From an uncultured Acidobacteriota bacterium (GTDB lineage Bacteria; Acidobacteriota; UBA6911), in assembly GCA_963827655.1 (NCBI GenBank), contig CAWHCF010000022.1, positions 1-64,000 of the forward strand: a stretch of 64,000 nucleotides of DNA, read 5' to 3'. Positions 14,761-26,540 of the stretch are shown piece after piece. The notes under the pieces were generated by a model. It saw only the letters and a list, made by a program, of their open reading frames with translations, was not told the origin of the DNA and did not search any database. How positions within the stretch are numbered: the first letter of the stretch is position 1; every line of letters begins with the position of its first letter. The position numbers and the translations under genes are program-made.

Positions 14761-15768
14761 ATGGCCGACGCGACCGTGATCGACGTGGGGGGCACCGAGG
14801 TGTCCGTCACGCACCCCGAGAAGGTGTTCTTCAGCGCTCGGGGCGAGACGAAGCTCGACCTCGTCGAGTACTACCTGGCCGTCGCGGAGCCGCTCATGGA
14901 GACCGTCCGCGACCGGCCGGTGCTCCTCCAGCGGTTCCCCGAGGGCGCGGGCGGCAAGTCGTTCTTCCAGAAGCGCGTGCCGAAGTCGGCGCCCGACTGG
15001 CTCACGACCACCGTCGTGTCGACGCCGAACGGCACGACGAGCGACGCGCTCGTCGCCGCCGACATCGCCCACCTGCTCTGGGCCGTGAACCAGGGCTGCC
15101 TCGGCTTCCACGTGTGGCCGAACCGGCTGCCCGACCTCGAGGTCGCCGACGAGCTCCGCATCGACCTCGATCCCGTCGCCGGGCATCGAGTTCGCGCAGC
15201 TGCAGGAGGGCGCGGTGCTCGTCCACGACCTGCTCGACGAGCTCGGCATCGAGGCCCACATCAAGACGTCCGGCTCGCGCGGGCCTGCACGTGTACGCCG
15301 CGCTCGAGCCGCGGTGGGACAGCTACGAGGTGCGGGCGGCGGCGGTTGCCCTCGCCCGTGAGCTCGAGCGCCGGCACCCCGACGCAGATCACCGCGCAGT
15401 GGTGGAAGGAGGAGCGCGGCCAGCGCGTGTTCGTCGACTTCAACCAGAACGCGCCGCACAAGACGGTGTTCGGCGCCTGGTGCGTGCGCCCGCGCGTCGG
15501 CGCCCAGGTGTCGACGCCGATCACGTGGGACGAGCTCGAGACGGTCGAGCCCGACGAGCTCACCATCGCGACGGTGCCCGGCCGGCTCGCCGAGCGCGGC
15601 AACGCGTGGGCGGGCATGTACGAGCGGCCGCAGGACCTCACGCCGCTGCTCGAGCGCTCGGCGCACGACATGGCCAACGGGCTCATGGACGCCCCGTGGC
15701 CGCCCGTGTACCCGAAGCAGCCGAACGAGCCGCCGCGGGTCGCTCCGAGCCGCGCCCGCACAACTTGA
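14761..15768 (+). CDS. AEP primase-polymerase, Prim-PolC / stand-alone LigD Pol domain (frameshifted)
   Basis: VTHPEKVFF, TKLDLVEYY, QRFPEG, FFQKRVP, ELRIDLDP, KTSGSRGLHVY, WWKEERGQRVFVDFNQNA, C-terminal PKQPNEPPRVAPSRA. Confidence 0.92.
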   Translation: MADATVIDVGGTEVSVTHPEKVFFSARGETKLDLVEYYLAVAEPLMETVRDRPVLLQRFPEGAGGKSFFQKRVPKSAPDWLTTTVVSTPNGTTSDALVAADIAHLLWAVNQGCLGFHVWPNRLPDLEVADELRIDLDPVAGHRVRAAAGGRGARPRPARRARHRGPHQDVRLARACTCTPRSSRGGTATRCGRRRLPSPVSSSAGTPTQITAQWWKEERGQRVFVDFNQNAPHKTVFGAWCVRPRVGAQVSTPITWDELETVEPDELTIATVPGRLAERGNAWAGMYERPQDLTPLLERSAHDMANGLMDAPWPPVYPKQPNEPPRVAPSRARTT

Positions 15769-15781
15769 CCCGCGGGTCAAG
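15764..15781. promoter_or_regulatory. Perfect 18-bp palindrome CTTGACCCGCGGGTCAAG upstream of an acyl-CoA dehydrogenase
   Basis: Self-complementary, about 55 bp upstream of the ATG at 15836. Confidence 0.55.
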
Positions 15782-15835
15782 ATCCGCTCTGCTGGTCCGA
15801 CTGACCGCCGGTCTCCAGCCGATCCAGGGGGAACG

Positions 15836-17170
15836 ATGACCGACCTCGAAGAGCGCACCAGCCCGCCCACCGACGCCGTCGCCGAGGTGCAAGGCGTGGC
15901 TGGAGGAGAACTGGGACCCCGACCTCACGGTCGCGGAGTGGTGGGAGCGCCTCGGCCTGGCCGGCTGGGCCGCCCCGGGCCTCCCGGTGAACGCCTACGG
16001 CAAGGGCCTCAACCGCAACGACAGCGTCGCCGTGCAGAACGCCATCGCCGAGTTCGGCGCCCTGGGCGCTCCCGGCGGCCTCGGGCTGCTGCTGGCGGCG
16101 CCCACCATCGCCGCCCACGGCACGCAGGAGCAGATCGACCTCTACGTGCGCGACATCGTCACCGGCCAGAAGGCGTGGTGCCAGCTGTTCAGCGAGCCCG
16201 GCGCCGGGTCCGACCTGGCCGGCCTGCAGACGCAAGGCGATCAAGGACGGCGACGAGTGGATCGTCACCGGCCAGAAGGTGTGGACCTCCGGCGGCCAGG
16301 TCGCCGACCTCGGCATGCTCATCGCCCGCACCGACCCCGACGTCCCGAAGCACCAGGGCATCACCTACTTCGGCATCGACATGCACCAGAAGGGCGATCG
16401 AGATCCGCCCGCTGGTGGAGATGACCGGCCACGCCATGTTCAACGAGGTGTTCATGGAGGAGGCCGTCGTCCCCGACAGCGCCCTCATCGGCGGCCTCAA
16501 CAACGGCTGGGCCGTGGCCAACACCACGCTCATGAACGAGCGGGCCGGCCTCGGCTCCGGCGGCGGCCACGCCGCCGCCGGCGCCGCCACGCCCGGCACC
16601 GTCGTCAACGACCTCGCCAAGCGGGCCGGCGACTTCGTCTCCGGCGCGCGCCGACCGGTCGCCGCCGCGGCGGCGGGCGGCGGCATGTTCGGCGCCTCCT
16701 ACAAGCTGCTCGTCGAGCTGGCCAAGGGCAACGGCAAGATCAAGGACCCGACCGTGCGCCAGGGCCTGATGAAGCTGCACACGCTCAACGAGCTCGGCCG
16801 CATGAACAACCTGCGGGCCAAGGCGGCCAAGGCGATCGGCCAGGACGTGCCCGGCCTGCCCGAACATCTCGAAGCTCTCGATGAGCGAGATCATGCGCCA
16901 GCAGCGCGACCTCGGCCTGAGCATCGTCGGCCCGTACGGCACGCTCCACGCCTACAAGCCCGAGGACCAGAGCGCGCTCAACGAGGCCACCGGCAACCCG
17001 TTCGCCGCCATGGTCACCGGCATGGCGCTGTTCGCCCAGGCCCCGCCGATCTACGGCGGCACCGACCAGGTGCAGCGCAACATCATCGGCGAGCGCGTGC
17101 TCGGCCTCCCCAAGGAGGCCAACAACGACAAGACGGCCGCCTTCAAGGACCTCCCCAAGAACGCCTGGTC
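15836..17170 (+). CDS. Acyl-CoA dehydrogenase (frameshifted)
   Basis: [55 protein letters not shown]. Confidence 0.92.
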
Positions 17171-18177
17171 AGCCGGCGACGGCGCGGTACAGCTCCACGA
17201 CGTTGGCGCCGAGCACCTGGTCGACCTCGAGCGGTGCGAGGCCCGCGCCGGCGAGGTGCTCGGCGAGGGTCGCGAACTGCGTCGTGCGACGGTGACGACC
17301 GGCTTGTAGTTGGCGTCGAGGTCGGTGCCGATGGCGACGTGGTCGATGCCGATGAGCTCGACGAGGCGGAGGACCTCGTCGACGAAGTCGTCGAGCGTCG
17401 CGCTGGTCACGCCGGACGGCCAGGCGCCCACCAGCCCGCCCGCGTCCGCGACCGCCCGCGCGTGGTCGTCGGACAGCAGCCTCGGGTGCGAGCCGCTCGG
17501 GGTGGTCGAGGTGGCTGTGGGACACCATCACCGGGCGCCGCGCTCGCCTCGAGCACGCCGAGCGTGGTGGCGAAGGTGGCGTGCGCGCAGTCGATCACGA
17601 TGCCGAGGCGGTTGCACTCGTGCACCACCGTCCGGCCGAAGTCGGTGAGCCCGCCGTGCACGGGCGCCTCGGTCTGGATGTCGCCGAGCTCGTTCACGCG
17701 GTAGTGCACGAGCGTGAGCGACGACACGCCCTGCGCGTGGACCTCGGCCACGCGCTCCACGTGCCCCTCGAGGAAGTCGCCGCCCTCGCAGGTGAGGAGC
17801 ACGGCGGTCGCGCCGCGCCGCGTGCGCGCCGCTCGAGGTCGGCCGCCGCAGGTCGCCACCGGCGCCTGCTCCCGCTCGACGAGCGCGCGCAGGCCGGCCG
17901 AGCTGGCGGCGGTGGCTGGCCAGCGCCTCGCCCGGCTCGAAGGCGCCGCCCGGCGTGGAGGCCGCCGTCGGCGGTTGGGGGCGAGCACGGCGAGGTCGGC
18001 GACGGTCGCGAAGCTCACGGCCGTGAGGCCCGGCGTGCCGGGCGGCCTGCAGCGCCGCCGGCGGACGCGTCGCCGCCGAGGAGCTCCGCCAGCGGGTCGT
18101 CCAGCGGCGCGCCGGCCAGGAAGCAGCGGCCGGGGTGGGCGTGCACGTCGATCCACGGGCCCGTGCGGCGGCGTCAT
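17169..18177 (-). CDS. Membrane dipeptidase (M19 family; frameshifted)
   Basis: HAHPG, LTCEGGDFL, LTLVHY, GLTDFGRTVVHECNRLGIVIDCAH, SHSHL, GIDHVAIGTDLD. Confidence 0.85.
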
Positions 18178-18230
18178 CGCGGCGACCCTACGAGCTCCCG
18201 CGACGCGGCCGCCGGTAGCGTGCCCGGCCG

Positions 18231-18709
18231 ATGGGAGCCACCGCCCGCCTCGCCGAGCTCGGCATCGAGCTCCCGCCGGTGTTCCCGCCGGCCGGGCAGC
18301 TACGTGGGCTGCGTGGTGGTCGACGACATGGTGCACGTCGGCGGCCACGGCCCGGTCGACGGCGACGAGGTCGTGCGCGGCAAGGTCGGCGCCGACCTCG
18401 ACCTCGGCCGCGGCGCGCCGGGCGGCGCGCCTGACCGGGCTGTCGATCCTCGCCACCCTGCAGGCCGAGCTCGGCGACCTCGACCGCATCGACCGCATCG
18501 TCAAGGTGTTCGGGATGGTCAACACCGCCCCCGGCTTCGATCAGACGCCCGCGGTCATCGACGGCTGCTCCGACCTCCTCCTCGAGGTGTTCGGCGAGCG
18601 AGGCCGCCACACGCGCAGCGCGGTCGGGCTGGCCGAGCTGCCGTTCGGGATCGCGGTCGAGATCGAGCTCATCGCCACCCTGTCGCCCCGTGACGGTGAC
18701 GCGAGCTGA
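18231..18709 (+). CDS. RidA/YjgF family protein (frameshifted)
   Basis: LAELGIELP, IVKVFGMVN, VIDGCSDLLLEVFGERGRHTRSAVGLAELPFGIAVEIE. Confidence 0.88.
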
Positions 18710-19582
18710 CGACGGCGAGCTCGTGCGGACGTACCTGGCCCGGCTCGGCCTGGAACCCGAGCCGCCGTCGCTGGACGCGCTCCAACGCCTCCACCGGGCG
18801 CAGGTGGAGCGGGTGCCGTACGAGACGATGTGGATCCACGCCGGCGAGCCGTGGGGGATCGACCCGCGCGAGCTCGATGGCGCGGATCGCCCGCGACGGT
18901 CGCGGCGGGTACTGCTTCCACCTCAACGGCGCCTTCAGCGAGCTGCTGCGGTCGCTGGGGTACGCGGTCACGCGGCACGTCGGCGGCGTGCACGGCCCGC
19001 CGCGGCCCCGACGCGGCGATGCTCACGAACCACCTCGTGCTCACCGTCGCCGACCTGCCGACGGACGACGAACCCGTCCGGCGTCTGGTACGTCGACGCC
19101 GGGCTCGGGGACGCGCTGCACGAGGCCGCTCCCGCTGGTGGCCGGCGAGTACGAGCAGGGGCCGTTCCACCTCGGCCTGGAGGCGACCGACGACGGGGTC
19201 GGCGACTGGCACCTCACCCACGATCCAGCCGGCGACTTCACCGGGATGAGCTGGCGCGTCGGCGGCCGCGACGATGGACGAGTTCGCCGAGCGCCACGCA
19301 GTGGCTGTCGACGTCGCCCGACTCGGGCTTCGTGCGGGTCGCCACCGCGCAGCGCCGCGACGCGACGGGCGTCGACAGGCTTCGGGGCCTCGTGCTCTCG
19401 CGGGTCGGGGTCGGACGCCACCGTCGGGGACGCCGCTCACCGAGCGGTCCGACTGGTTCGCGCGCGCTCGGCCGACGTCTTCGGCCTGCGCTTCGAGGCG
19501 AGCCCCGCCGACGATCTCGACCGGCTCTGGGACGCGCGTGCTCACCGCCCACCGCGCCTGGGAGGCGACCGCCGAGCCCTGA
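18690..19582 (+). CDS. Arylamine N-acetyltransferase (frameshifted)
   Basis: YLARLG, LQRLHRAQVERVPYET, RGGYCFHLNGAF, NHLVLTV, YVDAGLG (Cys-His-Asp triad). Confidence 0.88.
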
Positions 19583-19603
19583 CGCCGGCTGGCCGACGCG
19601 CGG

Positions 19604-20479
19604 TCAGCGTCCGTAGCCGGCTCGCGCCAGCCGCGCCGGCTCGATCGAGGAGCCGGTCGTCGCCCAGGGCGGCGACCACGGCGGGGAAGTCGTCGGTCGG
19701 GGCCGGTCCACCGCCACTCGGCGACCGTGGCCGACGTCGGCGTCGGTCTCCACGGTCGCGATGCGGCGGAACAGCAGCGCGAGGTCGAACTGCTCGCGCA
19801 GCGTGGCGTTGAGCTTCGCCGCGCTGCGGACGCCCGCGTCCCAGGTGAGGGGGTCGAGCGGGATGTCCTCGAGGTGGCCCCAGCGGTCGAGCACGGCGGC
19901 GGCGGACTTGGCGCCCCACCCCGGCAGGCCCGGGAACCCGTCGGCGGCGTCGCCGACCAGGGCGAGCAGGTCGGGGATGGAGTCGGGCAGCACGCCCGAG
20001 GCGCGCGCGCACGCCGGCGGCGTCGAACCACTTGTCCTGCCGGCGGTCCCACTGCCACACCTTGCCGCCCACGCACTGGCCGAGGTCCTTGTCGGGCGTG
20101 CAGATCACGACGCGCTCGACGGTGTCGTCGGCGGCCGCCACGCGCGCGCCGGCCGCGAGCGCGTCGTCGGCCTCCTGCTCGACCATCGCCCACACCGGGA
20201 ACCCCGCCGCGCGCAGGGCGTCCTCGACGACGGGGAACTGCGCGCGCAGGTCGCGGTCGATCCCCGAACCGTCCTTGTAGCCGGCCCACAGGTCGTTCCG
20301 GAACGACTCGATCACGTGGTCGGTGGCGACCGCGACGTGGGTGGCGCCCTGCTCGAGCAGCATCAGGCACGACGCCACCACCCCGCGGGTGGCCCCCCGC
20401 ACGGGTCCTTGTTGGCCGGGGAGTAGTGGTAGCGGAACAGCTCGTACGTGCCGTCGACCAGGTGCACCTGCAGACCCAT
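19604..20479 (-). CDS. Stand-alone 5'-3' exonuclease / flap endonuclease (frameshifted)
   Basis: VHLVDGTYELFR, FRNDLWAGYK, EADDALA, TPDKDL, LALVGDAADGFPGLPGWGAKSA. Confidence 0.9.
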
Positions 20480-20552
20480 CGCGGCATCCTGCCACCCCGT
20501 CCGGGGCCATCTGTGGAAGTGTCCTCCGATTCGTCGACGAGGGGAGCGGGCT

Positions 20553-22640
20553 GTGACCGGAGCGCGGGTGCGTCGGGTGGCGCGGGCGCGACGGCGGTGG
20601 CCGCGGTGAGCCTCTTGCTCGTCGGGCTGCCGGGTGCGAGCCAGGCGGCGGCTCCGACGCGTGGCGCCGGACGCCGGTGCGGGTGACGGAGGCCGCCTTC
20701 GCGGACGGCTTCCGCCTCGAGAGCACCACCACCTACACGCTCGACCCGCCGGGCAAGGCGGTCCACGTCGCCTACGACGCCACGATCACGAACCAGCGCC
20801 CGACCAGGTGGTGGGCGAGCTCCATCCGCCAGTACTACCTGCCGGAGTACAGCATCCCGGTGCTCTCGGAGGCGGTCGGGCTGCGGGCCGTCAAGAGCGA
20901 CGGCGAGAGCCTGCCCGTGTCCGTGGAGGCCGCCGACAGCCCGCGGTCTCGCGTACGCGGTGGTCGACCTCCAGCCCGACCTGTACTACCCCAGCTCGCA
21001 GACGTTCCGCCTCACCTACGACCTGCCGCCGCAGGCGCGCCCGCTCGGACGGCTTCACGCGGCTCAACGACGCCTACGCCACGTTCCCCGCGGTGGCGAT
21101 CGGCGATCCCGGGATCACGACGGTCGAGGTGGTGGTGCCGGACGGCTTCGAGGTGGAGCTGGTGGGCGACGACATGCGGCAGTCGGAGCGGGACGGGAAG
21201 CAGGTGTACACAGCGGCCGAGCGATCGAGGACCCGGATGCCTGGCTGGTGCTGGTGTCGGCGCGCGACGACGACCAGCTCATCGAGCGCGTCGTCGACGT
21301 CGGCGAGCGCGAGGTCAACGTGCTCGGCTGGCCCGACGACGCGGCGTGGGCCGACTTCGCCGCCACCCAGGTGGAGGACGGCGTGCCGGTGCTCGAGGAC
21401 CTCACCGGCCTGGAGTGGCCGGCCACCTACACGCTCGACGTCGTCGAGACGGCGAGCCCGTACCTCTACGGGTACGCCGGCTGGTACCTCAAGAGCACGG
21501 CTTGATCGAGATCGGGGACGAGCTCGACCAGCAGGTGATCCTCCACGAGCTCGCCCACCTCTGGTTCAACGACAGCCTGTTCCGCGGTCGTTGGATCAAC
21601 GAGGCCTTCGCCAACCAGGCCGCCGCGCTCGCGATGGCGGAGCTGGGCGAGGACCAGCCCCAGCCGGAGGCGATCGAACCCGACGACCCGGGGCGGCTCA
21701 AGCTGAACGACTGGAGCGATCCGGATCTCCAGGCCGAGGTCACCGAGGACCAGGAGCGCTACGGGTACAACACGTCGTGGGCCGTGCTGGACGCGATCGC
21801 CGACGAGATCGGCGTCGAGCGGCTCCGGACGTGATCGTCGCCGCCGAGGCCGGCCAGGTCGCCTACCGCGGTCCGGGCGACCCCGAGGAGCTGGCCGCAA
21901 CTTCGACTGGGAGGAGCTGCTCGACCTGCTCGAGGAGGTGGGCGGATCCGAGAAGGCCGTCGGCCTCTTCGAGCGCCACGTCGTCAGCGAGTCGGAGACG
22001 CCGGACTTCGAGGCGCGGGCGGTGGGCGCGCGAGCACTACGCCGCCCTGCTCGAGGCGGGCGAGGGCTGGGCCGCTCCCACGTCGGTCCGGCTGGCGTTG
22101 ACGGACTGGCGGTTCGACTCGGCCGAGGACCTCATGGACGACGCCACGGCGGTGCTCGGCGACGAAGGCGGCCACTGCTCGAGGTCGTCGCCGACCTGGA
22201 CGTCGCCGAGGAGCTCGCGCTCCAGGACGACCTTCGAGGAGGCGAGACCTCGACGGGTGGCGGACGTCGCCGCGGAGCCGCTGGACGACGCGCTGCCGCC
22301 GCCGAGGCGCTGCGCGACGCGACGAGAGTCCGGACGGAGGGCGCCGGGCCGCTCGGGGCCGATCGGCCTGCTGTTCTCCGGCGTCGAGCGACGACCTGGC
22401 CCAGGCCCGGTCGGCCTTCGACGTCGGCGACTACGACGGGGTCGCAGACGGCCGCGGCCGACGTCGAGGACACCATGGACGGCGCCGCCATGGCCGGCGT
22501 CCTCCGCCTGCTCGGCCTGCTGCTCCTGATCCGGTCGGCCTCCTCGTCGCGCCGGCGCCTGGAGGCGCTCCGGCGCCACGCGGCCGAGCGGGCCGCGTGG
22601 CCGAGGCCGCCGTCTCGGACCGCCGGCACCCGAGCGGCGC
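20553..22640 (+). CDS. Secreted/membrane-anchored gluzincin (M1/MA-like) metallopeptidase (frameshifted)
   Basis: Signal-like N-terminus, GYAGWY, VILHELAHLWF...WINEAFA (HEXXH plus downstream E), C-terminal hydrophobic segment. Confidence 0.7.
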
Positions 22641-22650
22641 TGGCGAGCCG

Positions 22651-22899
22651 TCAGAGGCCGATGGCGCTGAGGGCGTCGGCAGCCCGACCGATGGCGGCGG
22701 CGAGGTTGGGGTGTGACACCTCGAACTGCGTGACCTCGTCGCGCAGGTCGTCCACGACGCCGTCGGTGTCGTCCTCGCCGAGGCGACGCTCGACCTCCGC
22801 CGCCAGGCGGGCGATCTCGTCCTTGTTGTCGGCGCCGTCCTCCGACGCCTCGATGGCGTCGTGGAGGTGGGCGAGCAGCTGTTCGAGGGGCTCCTGCAT
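22651..22899 (-). CDS. DUF4404-like small helical protein (82 aa)
   Basis: MQEPLEQLLAHLH...FEVSHPNLAAAIGRAADALSAIGL. Confidence 0.75.
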   Translation of the reverse strand: MQEPLEQLLAHLHDAIEASEDGADNKDEIARLAAEVERRLGEDDTDGVVDDLRDEVTQFEVSHPNLAAAIGRAADALSAIGL

Positions 22900-22940
22900 C
22901 GCGGACCATCGTACGCGCGCGACGTAGGTTGGCCGGCGCC

Positions 22941-24050
22941 GTGACGACCCCCGACGACCACCATCGGCGCCCGCGCGGCGGCGCCGCTGCCTCGCCGCCG
23001 TGCTCCTCGTCGGCGCCCTGGTCGGTGGCGGCCTGCTCCGGTGGCGAGGCGGCGTCGGAGGACGACGCGCCGACGACGCGGACGACGGCCCCAACGCCGG
23101 TGCCGCTCCCGACCCTGGCCGGCGGCCTCGAGCTGGCCGCGGTGGACCCGGCTGCAGGTGCTCACCGGCGATGGCCTGGCCTACGGCCAGCCGCTGCCGA
23201 GCCAGCAGGCCGCCGCCGACGCCTTCCTCGAGGACCCGGAGGTCGCGGCGGTGACGGCGCGCCGGATCTACTCGCCGCGCGACGGCCGGCTCGTCGGCGA
23301 GGCGCTGCGTGCTCGCGCTCGACGGCGCGGAGCTGTTCGACCAGGGCGTGCTCGACGCCTTCGTCGGGGCGTCGCCGGCGCCCTCGGCGGCGGGACCAGC
23401 GAGGACGGTGGAGCTCGGCGGTCGCACCGTGGTCCGCGTCGACGGGGCCCGACGGCACCGCGATCGCCTACGTCGAGGGCAACCTGCTCGTGGTGGTGCG
23501 GGGCGCCGGACGACCACGACGTCGGCGTGCGTGGTCGAGCGGCAGCTCGCCGGCGCTGGCGGCCGGCGTCGCCGGGCGCCGCCGAGCCGCGGACGCCGCT
23601 CGTCCCGCTGCCGATCGACGCCGCCTTCGTGCGCGGTCCCACCGTGACGTTCCAGCCGATCCCGCCCCCCGAGGAGGAGCCGCCGCCGGAGCCGCCGACG
23701 CTGGCGGGCGCCACCGGCGTGCAGGGTCGCTACGGCGTGGTGGCGGGCGAGCGGCGCACGACGGTGTGGGCCTACACGGTCGACCCGGGGACCTACCCGT
23801 GGGCCGAGCCGCTCGAGCCGGCGCTGGCCGCGCTGGTGTCGTCGCGGGCCGGCGGCGCGCCGGCGGAGGCCGACGAGGTGCTCGGCCGCGTCGTGCAGCG
23901 GCGCCGACGGCGCCGACGGGCAGCCCGTCGGCCCGCGGCCTTCCGCCACGGCGGGCCGTGTCGCTCGCTGCGTGGAGGGGACGCGACCCCGCCAGCTCGA
24001 CGCCGGTGATGCCTCCGGCCGTGGCTCCGACGTCTCCGCAGGTGCCTCCG
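22941..24050 (+). CDS. Hypothetical lipoprotein (frameshifted)
   Basis: Lipobox-like VAAC-SGG followed by a Thr/Pro linker; coherent coding fragments in three frames. Confidence 0.5.
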
Positions 24051-24076
24051 CACTGGCGACGGCTCGCCTCGCAGCG

Positions 24077-24489
24077 CTACTCCTGGACGAGCTCGATGAG
24101 GGTGCCGAAGCTGCCCTTCGGGTGCACGAAGGCGACCGTGGTGCCGCGGCTGCCCGGGCGGGGGGCCTGGTCGATCGGCGGTGGCGCCGGCGGCGACCAT
24201 CGCGGCGAGGGCCGCGGCGCAGTCGTCGACGCGGTAGCCGACGTGGTGGAGGCCCTCGCCGCGCTTCTCGATCGACTTGGCGATCGGGGAGTCGGGGCGG
24301 GTGGCCGCGGTGAGCTGGATGTAGGAGTCGGCGACCTTGATGAGGGCCTCCTCGACGCCGTCGCTGTCGACGATCTCGCGGTGGTGCACCTCGGCGCCGA
24401 ACGCCTCCTGGTAGTAGGCGATGGCCGCCTCCAGGTCGCGGACGGCGATGGCGATGTGGTCGATCTCGGTGAGCAGGCCGCGTCGTCAT
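24077..24489 (-). CDS. mce: Methylmalonyl/ethylmalonyl-CoA epimerase (frameshifted)
   Basis: IDHIAIAVRDLEAA, KRGEGLHHVGYRVDD, AFVHPKGSFGTLIELVQE. Confidence 0.9.
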
Positions 24490-24490
24490 C

Positions 24491-25845
24491 CTAGAGCTCG
24501 CCGCGGGCGTGGCGCTGGAACAGGGTGATCTTGTCCTCGCCGATGCGCTCGCGCTTCTCGGGGTCCTTGATGCCGAGGCCCGTCGCTGGGGGCGAGGCAG
24601 CGCACGGCGAGCTTGCCCTCGGCCTCGTTCCGGTGGACGGCGCAGCGCGGCCTCGCCGACGTCGGTCGAGGTCGTAGGCACGCCGACATGACCGGCTGGA
24701 TGCGGCCCTGGTCGATGAGGCGGTTCATGTCCCACGCCTCCTGGTAGTTGGCGAAGTGCGACGACACGATCCGCTTCAGCTTCATCCAGAGGTGGCGGTT
24801 GTCGTACTCGAGCATGAAGCCCGAGGTCGCCGCGCAGGTGACGACCGTGCCGCCGCGCTTGGCGATGAACACCGACGCGCCGAAGGTCGAGCGGCCGGGG
24901 TGCTCGAACACGATGCTGCGGGTCCTCGCCGATCAGGCCGCGGACCTTCTTGCCGAGCCGGCGCCACTCGCCCTCGTCCTGGGTGTGCTCGTCGTTCCAG
25001 AACTGGTAGCCCTCGGCGGCGCGGTCGATGACGTTCTCGCAGCCCATCGCCTCGAGCAGCTTCACCCGCTCGGGGCTCGACACGACGCCGACCGGGGTGC
25101 CGCCGCCGTTGAGCACGAGCTGGACGCCGTAGGCGCCGATGCCGCCGGTGGCGCCCCAGACGAACACGGAGTCGCCCTGCTTCATCTGGGCGGCGTGGCG
25201 GCCGACGAGCATGCGGTAGCTGGTGGAGGCGCACAGCCCGTTGACGGCGCTCTCCTCCCAGGTGAGGTGCTCCGGCTTCGGCATGAGCTGGTTGGCCTTC
25301 ACGACGGCGAGGTCGGCCAGGCCGCCGAAGTTGGACTCGAAGCCCCAGATGCGCTGGTTGGCGGCGAGCATCGAGTCGTCGTGGGCGGACGGGTCCTGGT
25401 CGTCGAGGTAGTTGCAGTGGACGGTGACGCGGTCGCCCGGCTTCCAGTTGCGCACCGCCGAGCCGACCCGCAGCACGACGCCGGAGGCGTCGGAGCCGAC
25501 CACGTGGTGGTCGAGGGCGTGGCGCTCGCCCCACACGGACTCCTTGCCGAGCCGGTCGAGGAAGCCGAAGGTCGGCAGCGGCTCGAAGATCGAGGTCCAC
25601 ACGGTGTTGAAGTTGATCGAGGACGCCATCACGCCGAGGTAGACCTCGTCGGGCGCCAGCTCGGGCGTGGGCACCTCGCCGACGTGGAGCGACTTGCGCG
25701 GGTCCTTGTCGGCCGACTCGACGCCCTCCCACATCGTCTGCTCGGCCCGCAGCACGTGGGCGGCGCGGTAGCTCTCGGGGATCGGGAGCGCGGCGATGTC
25801 CTCGCCGGACGCGCCCCCTTCGATGGCGTCGAGGAAGTCCTGCAT
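24491..25845 (-). CDS. ccrA: Crotonyl-CoA carboxylase/reductase (frameshifted near 3' end)
   Basis: VMASSINFNTVW, HVVGSDASGVV, QRIWGFESNFGG, WGATGGIG, DNRHLWMKLKRIVSSHFAN. Confidence 0.95.
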
Positions 25846-25928
25846 GGGGCGGAAACCTAGTGACCCGGTCGCGAGGGGTCGAGCCGTCGCACCTCGCCCG
25901 AGGCGCATCGATCGGGCAGGCTGATCGG

Positions 25929-26440
25929 GTGCAGCGGCTGGGGCTGGTCATCGGTGGCGACGGCGATCGTGTGCGCTGCGCTGGCCGGGTGCGGCGGTTC
26001 GGGGGACGGTGACGCCGCGACGCCGGACACCGTCGCCGACTACGTGCCGCCCGAAGGGATCACCGTCGAGGAGTGGCGGGCGCAAGATGTCGACGATCTG
26101 CGAGGGCTTCGAGGCCCGCATGGCTCCCCTCGCCGTGTCGGCCGGAGCCGGACGACCTCGAGGAGGCCCTGGCGCTCATCGGGGAGCTGATGCCCATCAT
26201 CGACGGGTTCGTCGTCGACCTGGCCGCCGTCCCGCCGCCCGCCGGGCGGCTGCGCAACCTCGAGCAGCTCCAGCAGGACATCGACGAGTACCGAGGTGCC
26301 CTCGAGCAGGGTCGGGCCGCGGCGGCGGAGCGGGACGTGAACGAGGTCTACGCGATGATCCGCAAGAGCTCAGCCGCCAAGGCGTGCGTCCTCGGACGGC
26401 GCCTCGCGGGCGCTCGGGGTCGCCGCCTGCACCGAGTAGG
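25929..26440 (+). CDS. Hypothetical lipoprotein (frameshifted)
   Basis: LAGCGGSG lipobox followed by a helical domain. Confidence 0.5.
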
Positions 26441-26540
26441 CGCCGCCGACGCGGCCGATCGGACCGGCGGTACCGTTCCGCCACCGTCTCGTCGCGGCGA
26501 CTCTGGGCGCCGGACCGTGACGCGACCACTCGGGGGGACG

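Noticed and set aside
22651-25908. 1085-aa ORF apparently fusing Ccr to a DUF4404-like protein
   Set aside because: An indel carries the Ccr frame through GC-rich junk sequence; ccr, mce and the small gene are separate.
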